A stretch of DNA of 64,000 bases, taken from the NCBI GenBank assembly GCA_040905385.1, contig JBBDRP010000002.1, positions 85,337-149,336 on the forward strand, read 5' to 3'. Numbering within the stretch: the stretch's first letter is position 1; every line of letters starts with the position of its first letter. The notes below the pieces were generated by a model. It had not been told where the DNA came from. It did no database searches and saw only the letters and a program-made list of their open reading frames with translations. Below, one piece after another: positions 1 through 9,253 of the stretch. The DNA is from Minisyncoccota bacterium. GTDB lineage: Bacteria > Patescibacteriota > Minisyncoccia > Phycocordibacterales > SW-6-46-9. A program made the translations under genes and the position numbers.

Positions 1-110
1 AAAAAGAGAAAACCTAACCAACGATGAATTCACCCTCTTACTTGATGATGTTTTTGATCATAAATTAAAATAAGATTCATAATCATCTCTAATCTCGGTA
101 AGCAGATAGC

Positions 111-1379
111 TTATCGAGATTTTTTTAATTTCTTCAACTCTTCACGCGCAACCGTAGCTTCATCCCACGGCTCCTTTTTTCCATTCTCGCGCATGATGTA
201 CGGGTCGGTACCTTTACCAGTCAGAAGCACAACATCGCCTGCGGTAGCCTTCTGAAAGGCGGCGCGAATTGCCTGCCGACGATCCATAATAATTTCATAC
301 TTTGGAATCGAGATGGCCCGTGCCATTTCCTCGACAATCTTTTTAGGATTTTCATCATACGGATCTTCGTCTGTAAGGATGATGTGTCGACAGTGACTTT
401 CAGCCAGCTTTGCCATCTCTTTGCGCTTCCAGGTGTCTCGGCCTCCGCCAGCATTACCGATCACACACACTTTTTCTCGGCCGGAGAAGGTTTTGTACAC
501 CTGCTCGAGCGAGTCGGGGGTGTGGGCGTAATCAACATAGACGCTGAAATCAAAATCAGTATCAATGAGCTCCAGCCGACCACGAACGCCAGAAAATGAC
601 TGTAGACCCACCGCAATCTCGGCGTTCTCTATTCCGTGGGCTCGTACCGCCGCTGCGGCTGCTAGCATGTTGTAAATATTAAACTCACCAAATAGATTGG
701 TATTTATACGGGTGCCACCGATATTTATACTGGCCCCCGAGCGCGTGTCCGAGTACGGCTCGGCATGGATCAGCTGGTACGGGACGTATCGATCCACCGG
801 GACATTCATGAAATGCTCGGCATTTTCATCATCGATATTCACGACGAGTGTCGTTGGTTCCTTCTTTGATCGAGAGACCTGCCGAGCAATAGACAGCTTT
901 GCATCGCGGTATTTTTCAAAGGATCCGTGCGACTCGATGTGCTCGGGCGAGAGGTTGGTGTAGACCAGGGTGTCAATATGAATAAAGCGATGTCGGAACT
1001 GCTTTGCACCCTCGGAGGTCATCTCTACCACGGCGTACTCACACCCAGCATTTACTGCACGGCGAAAAAATGATTGCAGAAAGAATCGCCCCGGCATCGA
1101 CATCTTACGAAGGTTGCGGGTGTTCTCATCCTTTATCTGAAAATGGATGGTGTTAGAGACGGCTACAGCTTTTCCGGCACTGCGCAGCAGGTGAGCGATC
1201 AGCTCAGTGACGGTGGTCTTACCTTTGGTACCGGTGACCGCAATCACCGTGACCTCTCGTGATGGCTGACGGTAGTAGACGGATCCAGCCCAGGCCAAAA
1301 AGAGATGGTATAACGGACGAAATACGCGCACCACCCAGTCGGGAATAATCTTTTTTAGTATCGATAAAATTTTAGTCAT
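111..1379 (-). CDS. murE: Mur ligase, MurE-like (UDP-MurNAc-tripeptide synthetase)
   Basis: VTGTKGKTT P-loop, TNLSPEHIESH, GRLE and VDYAHTPDSL motifs, GKG near the C-terminus. Start placed at MTKILS, overlapping the ruvA stop. Confidence 0.85.
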   Translation of the reverse strand: MTKILSILKKIIPDWVVRVFRPLYHLFLAWAGSVYYRQPSREVTVIAVTGTKGKTTVTELIAHLLRSAGKAVAVSNTIHFQIKDENTRNLRKMSMPGRFFLQSFFRRAVNAGCEYAVVEMTSEGAKQFRHRFIHIDTLVYTNLSPEHIESHGSFEKYRDAKLSIARQVSRSKKEPTTLVVNIDDENAEHFMNVPVDRYVPYQLIHAEPYSDTRSGASINIGGTRINTNLFGEFNIYNMLAAAAAVRAHGIENAEIAVGLQSFSGVRGRLELIDTDFDFSVYVDYAHTPDSLEQVYKTFSGREKVCVIGNAGGGRDTWKRKEMAKLAESHCRHIILTDEDPYDENPKKIVEEMARAISIPKYEIIMDRRQAIRAAFQKATAGDVVLLTGKGTDPYIMRENGKKEPWDEATVAREELKKLKKSR

Positions 1380-1953
1380 GATTGTTTCCAAGCTGCTTTA
1401 GCGCCTGCTTGACCTTCTCTTCTGTGCTGTCGACGTCATCCTCGATAGCCGCCACCGCATCACGGGCCTCCCGAGCCGAGTAGCCGAGCGCCTCCAGCGC
1501 CTCGACCGCCTCGCTGGACTCGGCCCGACCCTGGGCGGAGGCAGCGGTAGAGATGTCACCAAATGAATCCTTCAGCTCTAGAATTACCTTATCCGCAGTC
1601 TTCTGGCCGATGCCGGAAACTTTGGTCAGGTACGACGTGTCCTGATCGGCAATAGCGGCGGTGATGGTCGGGGCATCAGCCACCGAAAGAATTCCCAGCG
1701 CTGATTTCGGCCCAACTCCGGAGACAGCGATCAGGTGCCGGAAAAGTTTCAGCTGGCTGTGGGAGGTAAATCCATACAGCGTCAGCTGATCCTCACGAAC
1801 CACCAGGTGCGTAAGCAGGCTAATGCTGTCGCCACCATGAGCCGCCGCGATGACCTGTGGTGGGCAGGAAACTCCGTAGCCCACTCCATTCACATCGAGA
1901 ATAAGCTCGTTTTCACCAAGAACTTCTGGTGTACCGGTTAGCTGGGCGATCAT
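1372..1953 (-). CDS. ruvA: Holliday junction branch migration protein RuvA
   Basis: LDVNGVGYGV, VREDQLTLYGF, HhH motifs VSGVGPKSAL and VSGIGQKTA, C-terminal ALEALGYS domain. Confidence 0.95.
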   Translation of the reverse strand: MIAQLTGTPEVLGENELILDVNGVGYGVSCPPQVIAAAHGGDSISLLTHLVVREDQLTLYGFTSHSQLKLFRHLIAVSGVGPKSALGILSVADAPTITAAIADQDTSYLTKVSGIGQKTADKVILELKDSFGDISTAASAQGRAESSEAVEALEALGYSAREARDAVAAIEDDVDSTEEKVKQALKQLGNNHD

Positions 1954-2029
1954 TGCCTTTATAGTACCGTATTGGCGGTGTTTGGGAAATACCTGCCTAC
2001 GCTAGCCATATAAAGCCTGGATACAAATA

Positions 2030-2057
2030 TTGACATACTATTTATATGGTGTATAAT
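2030..2057 (+). promoter_or_regulatory. Consensus sigma70 promoter of the ORFan at 2105
   Basis: TTGACA-N16-TATAAT. Confidence 0.8.
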
Positions 2058-2104
2058 ATAATTAGATTAAGAAACGGTAACTTAAACGTAAAAAAGGGGT
2101 AAAT

Positions 2105-2464
2105 ATGAAAGAAGTGATTGGAATACTCGGAGCCTTCACACTTGGAACATGGATTTTTCTTGGTCTCCAATTTAGTAGCTATACTGGAGAGCCAGAACTC
2201 ATTACGTTATTCGTAGCCTCCAGGGTTGCATATGCATCTACGGCAATAACCTTATTTGTCACCATGATTTGGGCGATTTTCGGCATATCTAGCGCTGCAG
2301 GCAAGGAAGCGATTAATGTATGGGATGATATGTCTCCTAAAGAGAAAGGGTGTCTTAAAAACTACACAAAAAAGAAAGCGCACCGAGCTAATGAAGAATA
2401 CAGAAATGTAAGAGATGGCAATAAAGACAAGGTTTCTGCAGTCATTGATTGGTTCTTTAACTAA
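2105..2464 (+). CDS. Hypothetical membrane protein (AT-rich ORFan)
   Basis: 119-aa ORF with two hydrophobic segments, own promoter, AAGGGG SD-like site and a terminator hairpin at about 2486-2513. Confidence 0.6.
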   Translation: MKEVIGILGAFTLGTWIFLGLQFSSYTGEPELITLFVASRVAYASTAITLFVTMIWAIFGISSAAGKEAINVWDDMSPKEKGCLKNYTKKKAHRANEEYRNVRDGNKDKVSAVIDWFFN

Positions 2465-2582
2465 ATCTAAATTAAAATTTCAAACAAAAGTCCCGCATTC
2501 TTGGGGCTTTTTTCGTACCTGTATTGCAAATTCCTACATATTTGGTACTATTTTGAAGCGAAAGCAGACTAAAAAACTTTTC

Positions 2583-2638
2583 ACCCGGTTAAATAAAATT
2601 TTTGATTTTATCTCACTTGGTGAGATATTTAACCGGGT
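2583..2638. repeat. Palindromic repeat family F3 (ACCCGGTTAAAYA...TRTTYAACCGGGT)
   Basis: Terminal inverted repeats enclosing two small hairpins. Related copies at 26459-26516 and 41100-41155. Confidence 0.7.
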
Positions 2639-2670
2639 AAACTTTAATCTTTTAACTTTCTACTAATTTT

Positions 2671-2934
2671 ATGCCTGTACGAGACTCATCACGAAAAGCA
2701 GTTCGTCGCGACGAAGGACGAACCACATACAACAACCGCCGACGCCGCGCTATGCGCAAGGCTATCAAGGAGGTGAAGTCGCTCGTCAAGGACGGCGACA
2801 TCAAGTCCGCAACCAAGGCGTTGCCGGCTGCTTACAAGGCGATCGATAAGGCCGCCAAGCGAAATATCATCCACGAAAATAACGCCGCTCGAAAGAAATC
2901 AAACCTCGCCAAGCTAGCTGATCAGGCGTCTTAG
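2671..2934 (+). CDS. rpsT: 30S ribosomal protein S20
   Basis: AYKAIDKAAKRNIIHENNAARKKSNL signature. Confidence 0.95.
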   Translation: MPVRDSSRKAVRRDEGRTTYNNRRRRAMRKAIKEVKSLVKDGDIKSATKALPAAYKAIDKAAKRNIIHENNAARKKSNLAKLADQAS

Positions 2935-2999
2935 GGTTTTAAAAAAAGAGAAAGAAAAAAACACCACGTCGAACGTGGTGTTTTTTTAATGCTTGAGCC

Positions 3000-3029
3000 T
3001 AAATAACTCAACCGGATGAGTTATTTAGC
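3000..3029. repeat. About 30-bp palindrome TAAATAACTCAACCGG(A/T)TGAGTTATTTAG
   Basis: Near-identical copy at about 61943-61974. Confidence 0.8.
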
Positions 3030-3094
3030 TAGCGAGTACGTTTTTATTTACCGCCATTTTCGGGTATACTTTTGGTGTTAGTGAAAAGAAGAAT

Positions 3095-3168
3095 GTCCCC
3101 GTAGCTCAACTGGATAGAGCGTTTCCTTGCGGAGGAAGAGGTTGCAGATTCGAATTCTGCCGGGGACA
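3095..3168 (+). tRNA. tRNA-Arg, anticodon GCG
   Basis: Acceptor GTCCCCG/CGGGGAC, D arm GCTC/GAGC, anticodon arm TTTCC-TTGCGGA-GGAAG, T loop TTCGAAT. CCA not encoded. Confidence 0.9.
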
Positions 3169-3329
3169 CAGTGAAGTGTTAAATGGCACGTAAGTATAAA
3201 GCCTGATGCTCCAGAGGATGGGGTATCAGGCGGCTTTCTTAACTCCAATTTATATCTCGCGGAATATTAATCAGTATATACACTCAAGTGGGCGATTATT
3301 TTAGATAATTAAAATATGTTGTAGACTGA

Positions 3330-3791
3330 CTAAAATCCTAGGTATTCCATAATCTTCTGCATCAGTGGTTCCTGATGCTCTTCTTCGGGAATGAACTCGA
3401 TCATGTAGTCGCGGATTTCTTCTGGGTCAACATTCTCGATCGGGATCACGATGTAGGGCATCAGAACTCGCTCTGACATAAGCATGATTTTTTGCTCGTG
3501 GGGATTGTTTTCAACCCAGAAGGATTGAAGCGTACTGTACGGATAAAGAATACTATCAACCTTGACGCCACGGCGGTCGACCACGAAGGTCCGGATTTCT
3601 GGGTCGCGAGAGCTTTGTAGCGTCAGGGCAACACTGGCGATAATAACCAGAATTCCAAAGAGGACATTCCCAAACACAAATCCGGCCACTGATAGTGTCA
3701 GGGTAATAATACCGACAATCCAGTACCAATCGGTACTTTTTTCCTGCTTGATGAAGTCCGGCGCCTGCCAGGTGATTTCTTTATCTTCCAT
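3330..3791 (-). CDS. Conserved hypothetical membrane protein (two TM helices plus a PH-like soluble domain)
   Basis: 153-aa ORF, ITWQAPDF...KSTDWYW followed by a TM hairpin. A TGnTAAAAT box lies upstream. Confidence 0.7.
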   Translation of the reverse strand: MEDKEITWQAPDFIKQEKSTDWYWIVGIITLTLSVAGFVFGNVLFGILVIIASVALTLQSSRDPEIRTFVVDRRGVKVDSILYPYSTLQSFWVENNPHEQKIMLMSERVLMPYIVIPIENVDPEEIRDYMIEFIPEEEHQEPLMQKIMEYLGF

Positions 3792-3853
3792 ATCTGCTTT
3801 TCATTTTAGCATCTTTTGCAATAAATTTTTGCTTAATTGCTATACTAATACAC

Positions 3854-4837
3854 ATGTCCTTCGAAACGCTTAGTACTCAACTAAAAAATCTTACAGACGG
3901 AAAGTCGGGCGGGGTAGCTGCGGTTGTTTTGGATCGAGGTAACTCTGGGTTTCATTTTTTCGGTAGCTCTAACATAAATAAAGATACTATTTTTGAAATT
4001 GGCTCGGTTACAAAAGCCTTTACGGCTCTTTTGTTACTAATTCTGGAAGATAAGGGTGTGGTAGATCGTACTGATGCTGTCAAGAATCATCTTGACATTG
4101 ATTTTACTGATTCGAAGATTAGTGAAATAACCCTAGAGCAGTTAGCATTACATACCTCCGGACTGCCGCGTCTTCCTACTAATTTTTTTCCAGCTGACGA
4201 ATATGACCCCTATGCCGATTACACCAAAGAAGACCTGTATGAATTTTTAGAAACCTACGAATTACCTGCTGAGCACTCAAAAGGGAAAGAAATTTATTCT
4301 AATACAGGCTTTGCCCTACTAGGCTATGTGCTGGCAGTAGCGGCTGAGGATACGTTTGAAAATCTCCTACAAACACACATTTTCCGACCACTTAGCATGG
4401 AGGATACGAGCTGCTATCTGGATGAAAAGAAAGAAAGCCGTTTTGCTCAAGGTTATAACGATGAGGGTGGAGAAGCTGATCGTTGGCACAATGATGTAAT
4501 GATGGGTGATGGGGCAATTTTGTCTACCACAGCCGATATGGCCAAGTTCCTACGGATGTGTTGCGGGGTAGTTGAGTCACCGCTGACGCAGCTAGTCGAT
4601 GATATGTGTGCTGATTATTTTGAAATTACTGACGAGGTTGGAGTTCAGCAGGTGCTTGGCTGGTTGATAGCAACACCAAAGGATGATGGGAAGTTATTTG
4701 TAGGAAAAGGAGGGGAGACTGGTGGTTTTAAAGCTTTCTTTGGATTTACCTTTGATAAAAGTCGAGGCATCGTTCTTTTGTCGAATGGAAAGTTTGATAT
4801 TTCAAAGGCTGGGGCAGTTTATTTAGCGACAAGATAA
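3854..4837 (+). CDS. Serine hydrolase, beta-lactamase class C/AmpC-like family
   Basis: FEIGSVTK (SxxK), [13 protein letters not shown] (YxN), KGGETGGF. No signal peptide. Confidence 0.9.
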   Translation: MSFETLSTQLKNLTDGKSGGVAAVVLDRGNSGFHFFGSSNINKDTIFEIGSVTKAFTALLLLILEDKGVVDRTDAVKNHLDIDFTDSKISEITLEQLALHTSGLPRLPTNFFPADEYDPYADYTKEDLYEFLETYELPAEHSKGKEIYSNTGFALLGYVLAVAAEDTFENLLQTHIFRPLSMEDTSCYLDEKKESRFAQGYNDEGGEADRWHNDVMMGDGAILSTTADMAKFLRMCCGVVESPLTQLVDDMCADYFEITDEVGVQQVLGWLIATPKDDGKLFVGKGGETGGFKAFFGFTFDKSRGIVLLSNGKFDISKAGAVYLATR

Positions 4838-4873
4838 TAAAAATCAGCACCACAAGGTGCTGTTTGTTCGCTG

Positions 4874-4958
4874 CGGTGGGAGAGGGATTCGAACCCCCGG
4901 TGCCTTGCGGCACTCCGGTTTTCAAGACCGGTGCATTCGACCACTCTGCCATCCCACC
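4874..4958 (-). tRNA. tRNA-Ser, anticodon TGA
   Basis: Reverse complement reads GGTGGGATGGCAGAGTGG...CCGGTCTTGAAAACCGG, long variable arm, GGTTCGAATCC. Confidence 0.95.
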
Positions 4959-5159
4959 AAATATTCACTTTTTAAACATAGCAAAATATTATACGTTTTG
5001 CCTCACGCTTAACCAGTGGTCGAACAGGTACGTCCTCCTATCACTGGTCGCTTTGCGACATGCGTGATTCTAGAAGCTAAGCTTCTAGACCGGATGAAAA
5101 AGAAAATTGATTCTTTTGTCATCCACTCTGCCATCCCACCAAATATGCACTTTTTAAAC
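4941..5159. repeat. 37-bp direct repeat of the tRNA-Ser 5' end plus leader, flanking a structured insert of about 145 bp
   Basis: CCACTCTGCCATCCCACCAAATAT(T/G)CACTTTTTAAAC at 4941-4977 and 5123-5159. Confidence 0.85.
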
Positions 5160-5267
5160 TCTCAGTAAATTCACTCTTTATATAACTCACCTTGTACATA
5201 GAGATAATACGTGCCGAAAGCCGTAATCGCAAGTACAAACCTAACCTCTTCATGCTAACCTAAAGGC

Positions 5268-5666
5268 ATGAATAAGCTAATGGGAATAGACTACGGTGCA
5301 AAGCGAATTGGTATCGCCTTTGCAGATCCGGAGACAAAGATCGCCACACCCCACAGCACGATCGATAACAGCGATGGTGTCGTTGCCGACCTGCTTGATC
5401 TCTGCGAAGACCACGACGTAGAGAAGATTGTGCTGGGTGAGTCTAAGAACTTCGCCGGTGCCGACAATCCGATCATGAAGCAGATTCGGTCCTTTAAAGC
5501 GGTGCTTGAAGATCGCTCCGGTCGGCTGGTGATATTTGTTCCGGAGTTCTACACCTCGGCGCAGGCACGTCGACAGCCAGAAGCGGCGCGGACGGTTGAT
5601 GGCTCGGCCGCAGCCATTATCCTGCAGAGCTACCTTAATGACCAGCCACATGAAGACGATAACTAA
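5268..5666 (+). CDS. yqgF: YqgF/RuvX family pre-16S rRNA nuclease
   Basis: MGIDYGAKRIGIA, E-x-Y-T-S, D..AAAIILQSYL. Confidence 0.9.
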   Translation: MNKLMGIDYGAKRIGIAFADPETKIATPHSTIDNSDGVVADLLDLCEDHDVEKIVLGESKNFAGADNPIMKQIRSFKAVLEDRSGRLVIFVPEFYTSAQARRQPEAARTVDGSAAAIILQSYLNDQPHEDDN

Positions 5667-6414
5667 ACACATCACAACGGACGTCGGCGAGGTGTTTGTA
5701 TCCTACCGACCATCCAAGGAGTCACTCAAAGGCTCGACCTTGGTGTTTCTGCATGGCTGGGGGAGCGACCATCGCGTCTTCTCCGAGGTGGTGCGAGCCT
5801 CACGATCGGCGACGCTGTCGATTGATCTTCCTGGCTTTGGTCAATCATCACTTCCGACCCGGTCGCTTACGGTGGCTGATGTAGCCGATGTTGTGACGGA
5901 GGCGGTCGAGAAGTGTGAGCTGTCGAAGGTGATCCTGGTTGGGCACTCGTTTGGTGGGCAGGTAGTGACGGCACTGGCAGCCCGGAAGCCGCAGTGGCTA
6001 GAGGGGCTGGTTCTTGTGGGTGCTGCTAGTCTGCGCGAGACCGATCCACCGCTGCTTTCGCGACTCGGCGGAAAGCTGGCGCCGGTCTTTCGGCTGCCGA
6101 TACTGAGAAAGCTGCGACCGGCTCTGTATCGACTGATTGGTGCTGACCTGCCACCAGAGAATCCGGTTATGTGCGAGACGATGCGCAGCATCCTGCGTGA
6201 TGATCAGCGCGCAAAACTTTCCGAGATTGCGGTTCCTACCCAAGTAATCTGGGGAAGCCGTGACCGGTCAACCCCGCTGGCCGAAGGTGAGGAGATTGCT
6301 CGACGGCTGCCGCACTCGGTTCTGACAGTGCTGGATGGCGGCCACTACATCTTTCTCGACCAACCGACCGCCTTTGCTGACACACTTTTTTCATTTGTTA
6401 AACGTATTTCCTAA
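5650..6414 (+). CDS. Alpha/beta-fold hydrolase
   Basis: VFLHGWG, DLPGFG, GHSFG nucleophile elbow, WGSRD, GGH. Start reassigned to ATG 5650. Confidence 0.9.
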   Translation: MKTITKHITTDVGEVFVSYRPSKESLKGSTLVFLHGWGSDHRVFSEVVRASRSATLSIDLPGFGQSSLPTRSLTVADVADVVTEAVEKCELSKVILVGHSFGGQVVTALAARKPQWLEGLVLVGAASLRETDPPLLSRLGGKLAPVFRLPILRKLRPALYRLIGADLPPENPVMCETMRSILRDDQRAKLSEIAVPTQVIWGSRDRSTPLAEGEEIARRLPHSVLTVLDGGHYIFLDQPTAFADTLFSFVKRIS

Positions 6415-6415
6415 T

Positions 6416-7864
6416 ATGCTTCGCAATCCGCTTTACCATATTTACCTGCTGCAGCTAGAGAATTACCACCTCCGTCGTTTTGTGACGGCCGCGGCACGAG
6501 ATTGTTTCTCACCACCAGAAAAAACGCGCCATCCAATTACCTGGACCGCGAAACTAATTGGTGTAACGACGCTGGCGGTCCTTTTTGCTCTACTGCTGTC
6601 GCTTGGTGCTGGTCTTTCGGCCGGCCCTCTCTTTTCTGACCCGTCGGTGGTCGGGTGGGGAGTCGCGGTTACTGTGTTTCTTTTTATGTACATAGGTTTT
6701 TTTCTGCCGTTGGCTGTCGGGTCGGCAGTTACACTGCCACTGGATCGCGTGATTCGTTTGATTATCCGCGCTCAGGCTCGTCGAAAAGTTTCTCGGCTGG
6801 ATAATCTCACCATTATCGGGATCACCGGCAGCTACGGAAAGACCACGATGAAACGAACGCTGAAGACTCTACTGTCTGCTGGTAAAAATGTGGTAGCCAC
6901 GGATGAAAGTCACAACACACCAATCGCCGTGGCCCGGTCTCTGCTGAATGACGTCACCGACCAAACCGACATCTTTATCGTGGAGATGGGCGCCTACGGC
7001 CCCGGAGACATCAAGGCCCTGTGTGAGATCACACCGCCAGACATCAGTGTTCTGAATGGTATCAATGAAGCTCACTTCGAGCGGTTCGGCTCACTTGAGA
7101 ATACCATCAATACCAAGTTCGAGATCGCTACCAGCGTCCCGGATGCCGCGGTAATTCTGAACGCTGATGACGAGACCGTGATGAAAAATTATAAGCGGTT
7201 TGTTGGTGATCGGGAGCCGCTATTCTACAGTGCAAAAAATCACGAAGCCTGTGATTTCGAGGTCTACGACAAACGGTTTCACGAGGACGGCACCGGTATT
7301 TCCTTTCGTGTTAAGCGTGACGACCAAGCGCTTGGGTACGCAAAGGTAAATCACTTTGCCGACTACATCATCGGTAATGTGATAGCTGGTTTGTGTGTGG
7401 GGCAGGTGCTTGGGATCTCTGAAGAGAAGGTTTTGAAAGCCGCTCATCAGATAACGCCGACATCGCACCGACTGCAGCCGATTCAACGCACCTCCAGTAA
7501 TGTGCTGGTGATCGATGACAGCTACAACGGTAACCCGGCCGGTGCTCATGCAGCCATTGGTGTGCTTGAGAAGTTCATCTCTCGTCGAACAATTTACGTA
7601 ACGCCCGGGTTAGTGGAGATGGGGGAGCGAGCTCCGAAGCTACACCGTGAGATCGGCAAGCATCTGGCTGCCGTGGTTGATGTGGTGGTGCTGGTAGAGA
7701 CGAGCGTGACCGACTACATCGAGGAAGGCCTGCGGCAGGGTGGCTTTGGAGGTGAGCTTGTTACTTTTGCTAGCCCACAGGAAATGCACGCCGGAATTTC
7801 TGAGCTTCTCAAGCCGCGGGATGTGCTGCTTTTCCAGAACGACTGGCCAGAGAATTATCGGTAA
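6416..7864 (+). CDS. murF: MurF ligase with N-terminal membrane anchor
   Basis: GITGSYGKTT, VEMGAY, HFERFGS, IDDSYNGNP, TPGLVEMG, C-terminal NDWPENY. Start reassigned to ATG 6416. Confidence 0.88.
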   Translation: MLRNPLYHIYLLQLENYHLRRFVTAAARDCFSPPEKTRHPITWTAKLIGVTTLAVLFALLLSLGAGLSAGPLFSDPSVVGWGVAVTVFLFMYIGFFLPLAVGSAVTLPLDRVIRLIIRAQARRKVSRLDNLTIIGITGSYGKTTMKRTLKTLLSAGKNVVATDESHNTPIAVARSLLNDVTDQTDIFIVEMGAYGPGDIKALCEITPPDISVLNGINEAHFERFGSLENTINTKFEIATSVPDAAVILNADDETVMKNYKRFVGDREPLFYSAKNHEACDFEVYDKRFHEDGTGISFRVKRDDQALGYAKVNHFADYIIGNVIAGLCVGQVLGISEEKVLKAAHQITPTSHRLQPIQRTSSNVLVIDDSYNGNPAGAHAAIGVLEKFISRRTIYVTPGLVEMGERAPKLHREIGKHLAAVVDVVVLVETSVTDYIEEGLRQGGFGGELVTFASPQEMHAGISELLKPRDVLLFQNDWPENYR

Positions 7865-7868
7865 CCAT

Positions 7869-7980
7869 CTTTTTCACTGCACTACAAATAATTCTCCAAC
7901 GGAGAATTTTATCTGCTCGGGCAATTTTTCTGCTGCGCAGAAACCATGCAAATTGCCCTGCGCAAGGCTTGTGAAAAAAG
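7869..7980 (+). repeat. Three-way-junction repeat family F1, copy a
   Basis: Outer stem, then TGCACTACAAATA, hairpin, TTTATCTGCTCG, hairpin, TGCGCAAGGCTT. Six copies in the window. Confidence 0.85.
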
Positions 7981-8034
7981 GGTAACCGATAATTTATAAA
8001 ACGAGAGGCGCATGAAAATAGGGTTACCTCATGT

Positions 8035-8176
8035 ATTGACTACCAAGTGTAGTGAGAGACATGCAAATATATTTGCATGTCCGAACGAAGCGCCGGTAGG
8101 TAGATTGCCAAATCTACTCTTCAAGCAAAGCGAGTAATGCACAAGCTTGTTTGTATATTCGATCGACGCGTAGTGC
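8035..8176 (+). repeat. Modular hairpin repeat family F2, copy a
   Basis: ATTGACTACCAA followed by hairpin modules bounded by AAGYRWAGYGAG and CGARCGAMGYG-like motifs. The same modules occur at 29855-30002. Confidence 0.8.
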
Positions 8177-8210
8177 AGATGGGTAAACTAGTGGTGGAAT
8201 CTCGCAACCT

Positions 8211-8363
8211 TTGACTGCCAAACGAAGCGAGTAGAATGAACGCTTGCATTTATTCTCGAGCGAAGTGCCGGCAGACAAATGGATAAATTCACTTTCAGTT
8301 TTAAACTGAAAGTGAAAAGAACCTTTAGGTTCTCTAGAAGTAATTCTTTGTTATCCATTTGAC
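8211..8363 (+). repeat. F2-related element with additional nested palindromes
   Basis: TTGACTGCCAAACGAAGCGAG-hairpin-CGAGCGAAGTGCCGG, then the CAAATGGATAA...TTATCCATTTG inverted repeat. Confidence 0.7.
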
Positions 8364-8585
8364 AAATAACCTGGTTCGCGTACTCTAATAAGACCTCCAA
8401 GGTTTCTGACCCAAGACCGACGGAGAACAATTTTACAACAGGCGCTATTTATAGGCGTCAGAAAGACCCACCGGCACTCTCCGGTGGGTCTTTTGTTTTA
8501 TTTAATAAAGTTGACATTCACCCTTAATGAAGGTATTTTCTACATAGACGTTATTCTCAACTCGAATCAAAATAAAGAGGTACAG

Positions 8586-9170
8586 ATGTTTAACAAAGAA
8601 AAAGAAATAGCCGATTTGCAAAGGCAGACATTGCACGTTCATGCATGGAATCATATCTCTGATATGGACGACGCAAAGAGCGTCTTTCGTAGTATTGATA
8701 AATCTCATATTCGCAAAAAGGCTTACAAGAAATACATAGTTTCATTGCGAAGACTTGTAGGAAGCGCTATAGCTTCTTCATTTATTAGGTCTGAGTATGA
8801 GAACAAAATCGAACAAGCTATTAAAGAGTTAATTGAATCCCTTGACCAAGAGCAACCCTTTCTTGCTAATATAGAAAAACAGACTGGACGCCTAAAACGC
8901 AATCAAAACTCTTTCTTCCATGATGAGGGGAGGGAAAATAGGAAGAAGGGAAATAACCTCAGCAGTGTTGAGGTGAAACAGCTTCTTTCTGCCTTATTTG
9001 ACATAGTTTCCTTTACCATGAAAGAAAACGGCCTGTCTCACATTCAGCCTTTTGAGAAAGAATCAATATTTAGCCTAATTTGTTCTGCTCAAACAGAACT
9101 AAAAAAAGATACCTCCTTTTCAAAATTTGTTGATGTGATGGTGGAAATACAAGCCAAGGAGAGGAGTTGA
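8586..9170 (+). CDS. Hypothetical protein (AT-rich ORFan)
   Basis: TTGACA-N17-TATTTT at 8511, GAGG SD before ATG 8586, terminator at about 9191-9222. Confidence 0.6.
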   Translation: MFNKEKEIADLQRQTLHVHAWNHISDMDDAKSVFRSIDKSHIRKKAYKKYIVSLRRLVGSAIASSFIRSEYENKIEQAIKELIESLDQEQPFLANIEKQTGRLKRNQNSFFHDEGRENRKKGNNLSSVEVKQLLSALFDIVSFTMKENGLSHIQPFEKESIFSLICSAQTELKKDTSFSKFVDVMVEIQAKERS

Positions 9171-9253
9171 AAATAAACCAAAATTTTTAATAGTCGGCCG
9201 TGTAAACACGGTCGACTTTTTATTATTCTCGTAAATTTGCTACACTTGAGAAC

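Noticed and set aside
2-73. 3' end of a plus-strand ORF entering the window
   Set aside because: Only 23 codons are visible, too few to support a call.
3854-4837. Bona fide beta-lactam resistance gene
   Set aside because: No signal peptide and KGG instead of KTG. The family includes many esterases and peptidases, so activity cannot be inferred.
4746-5067. ORFs overlapping tRNAs (also 11008-11232 and 16477-16830)
   Set aside because: They are translations of tRNA and repeat sequence.
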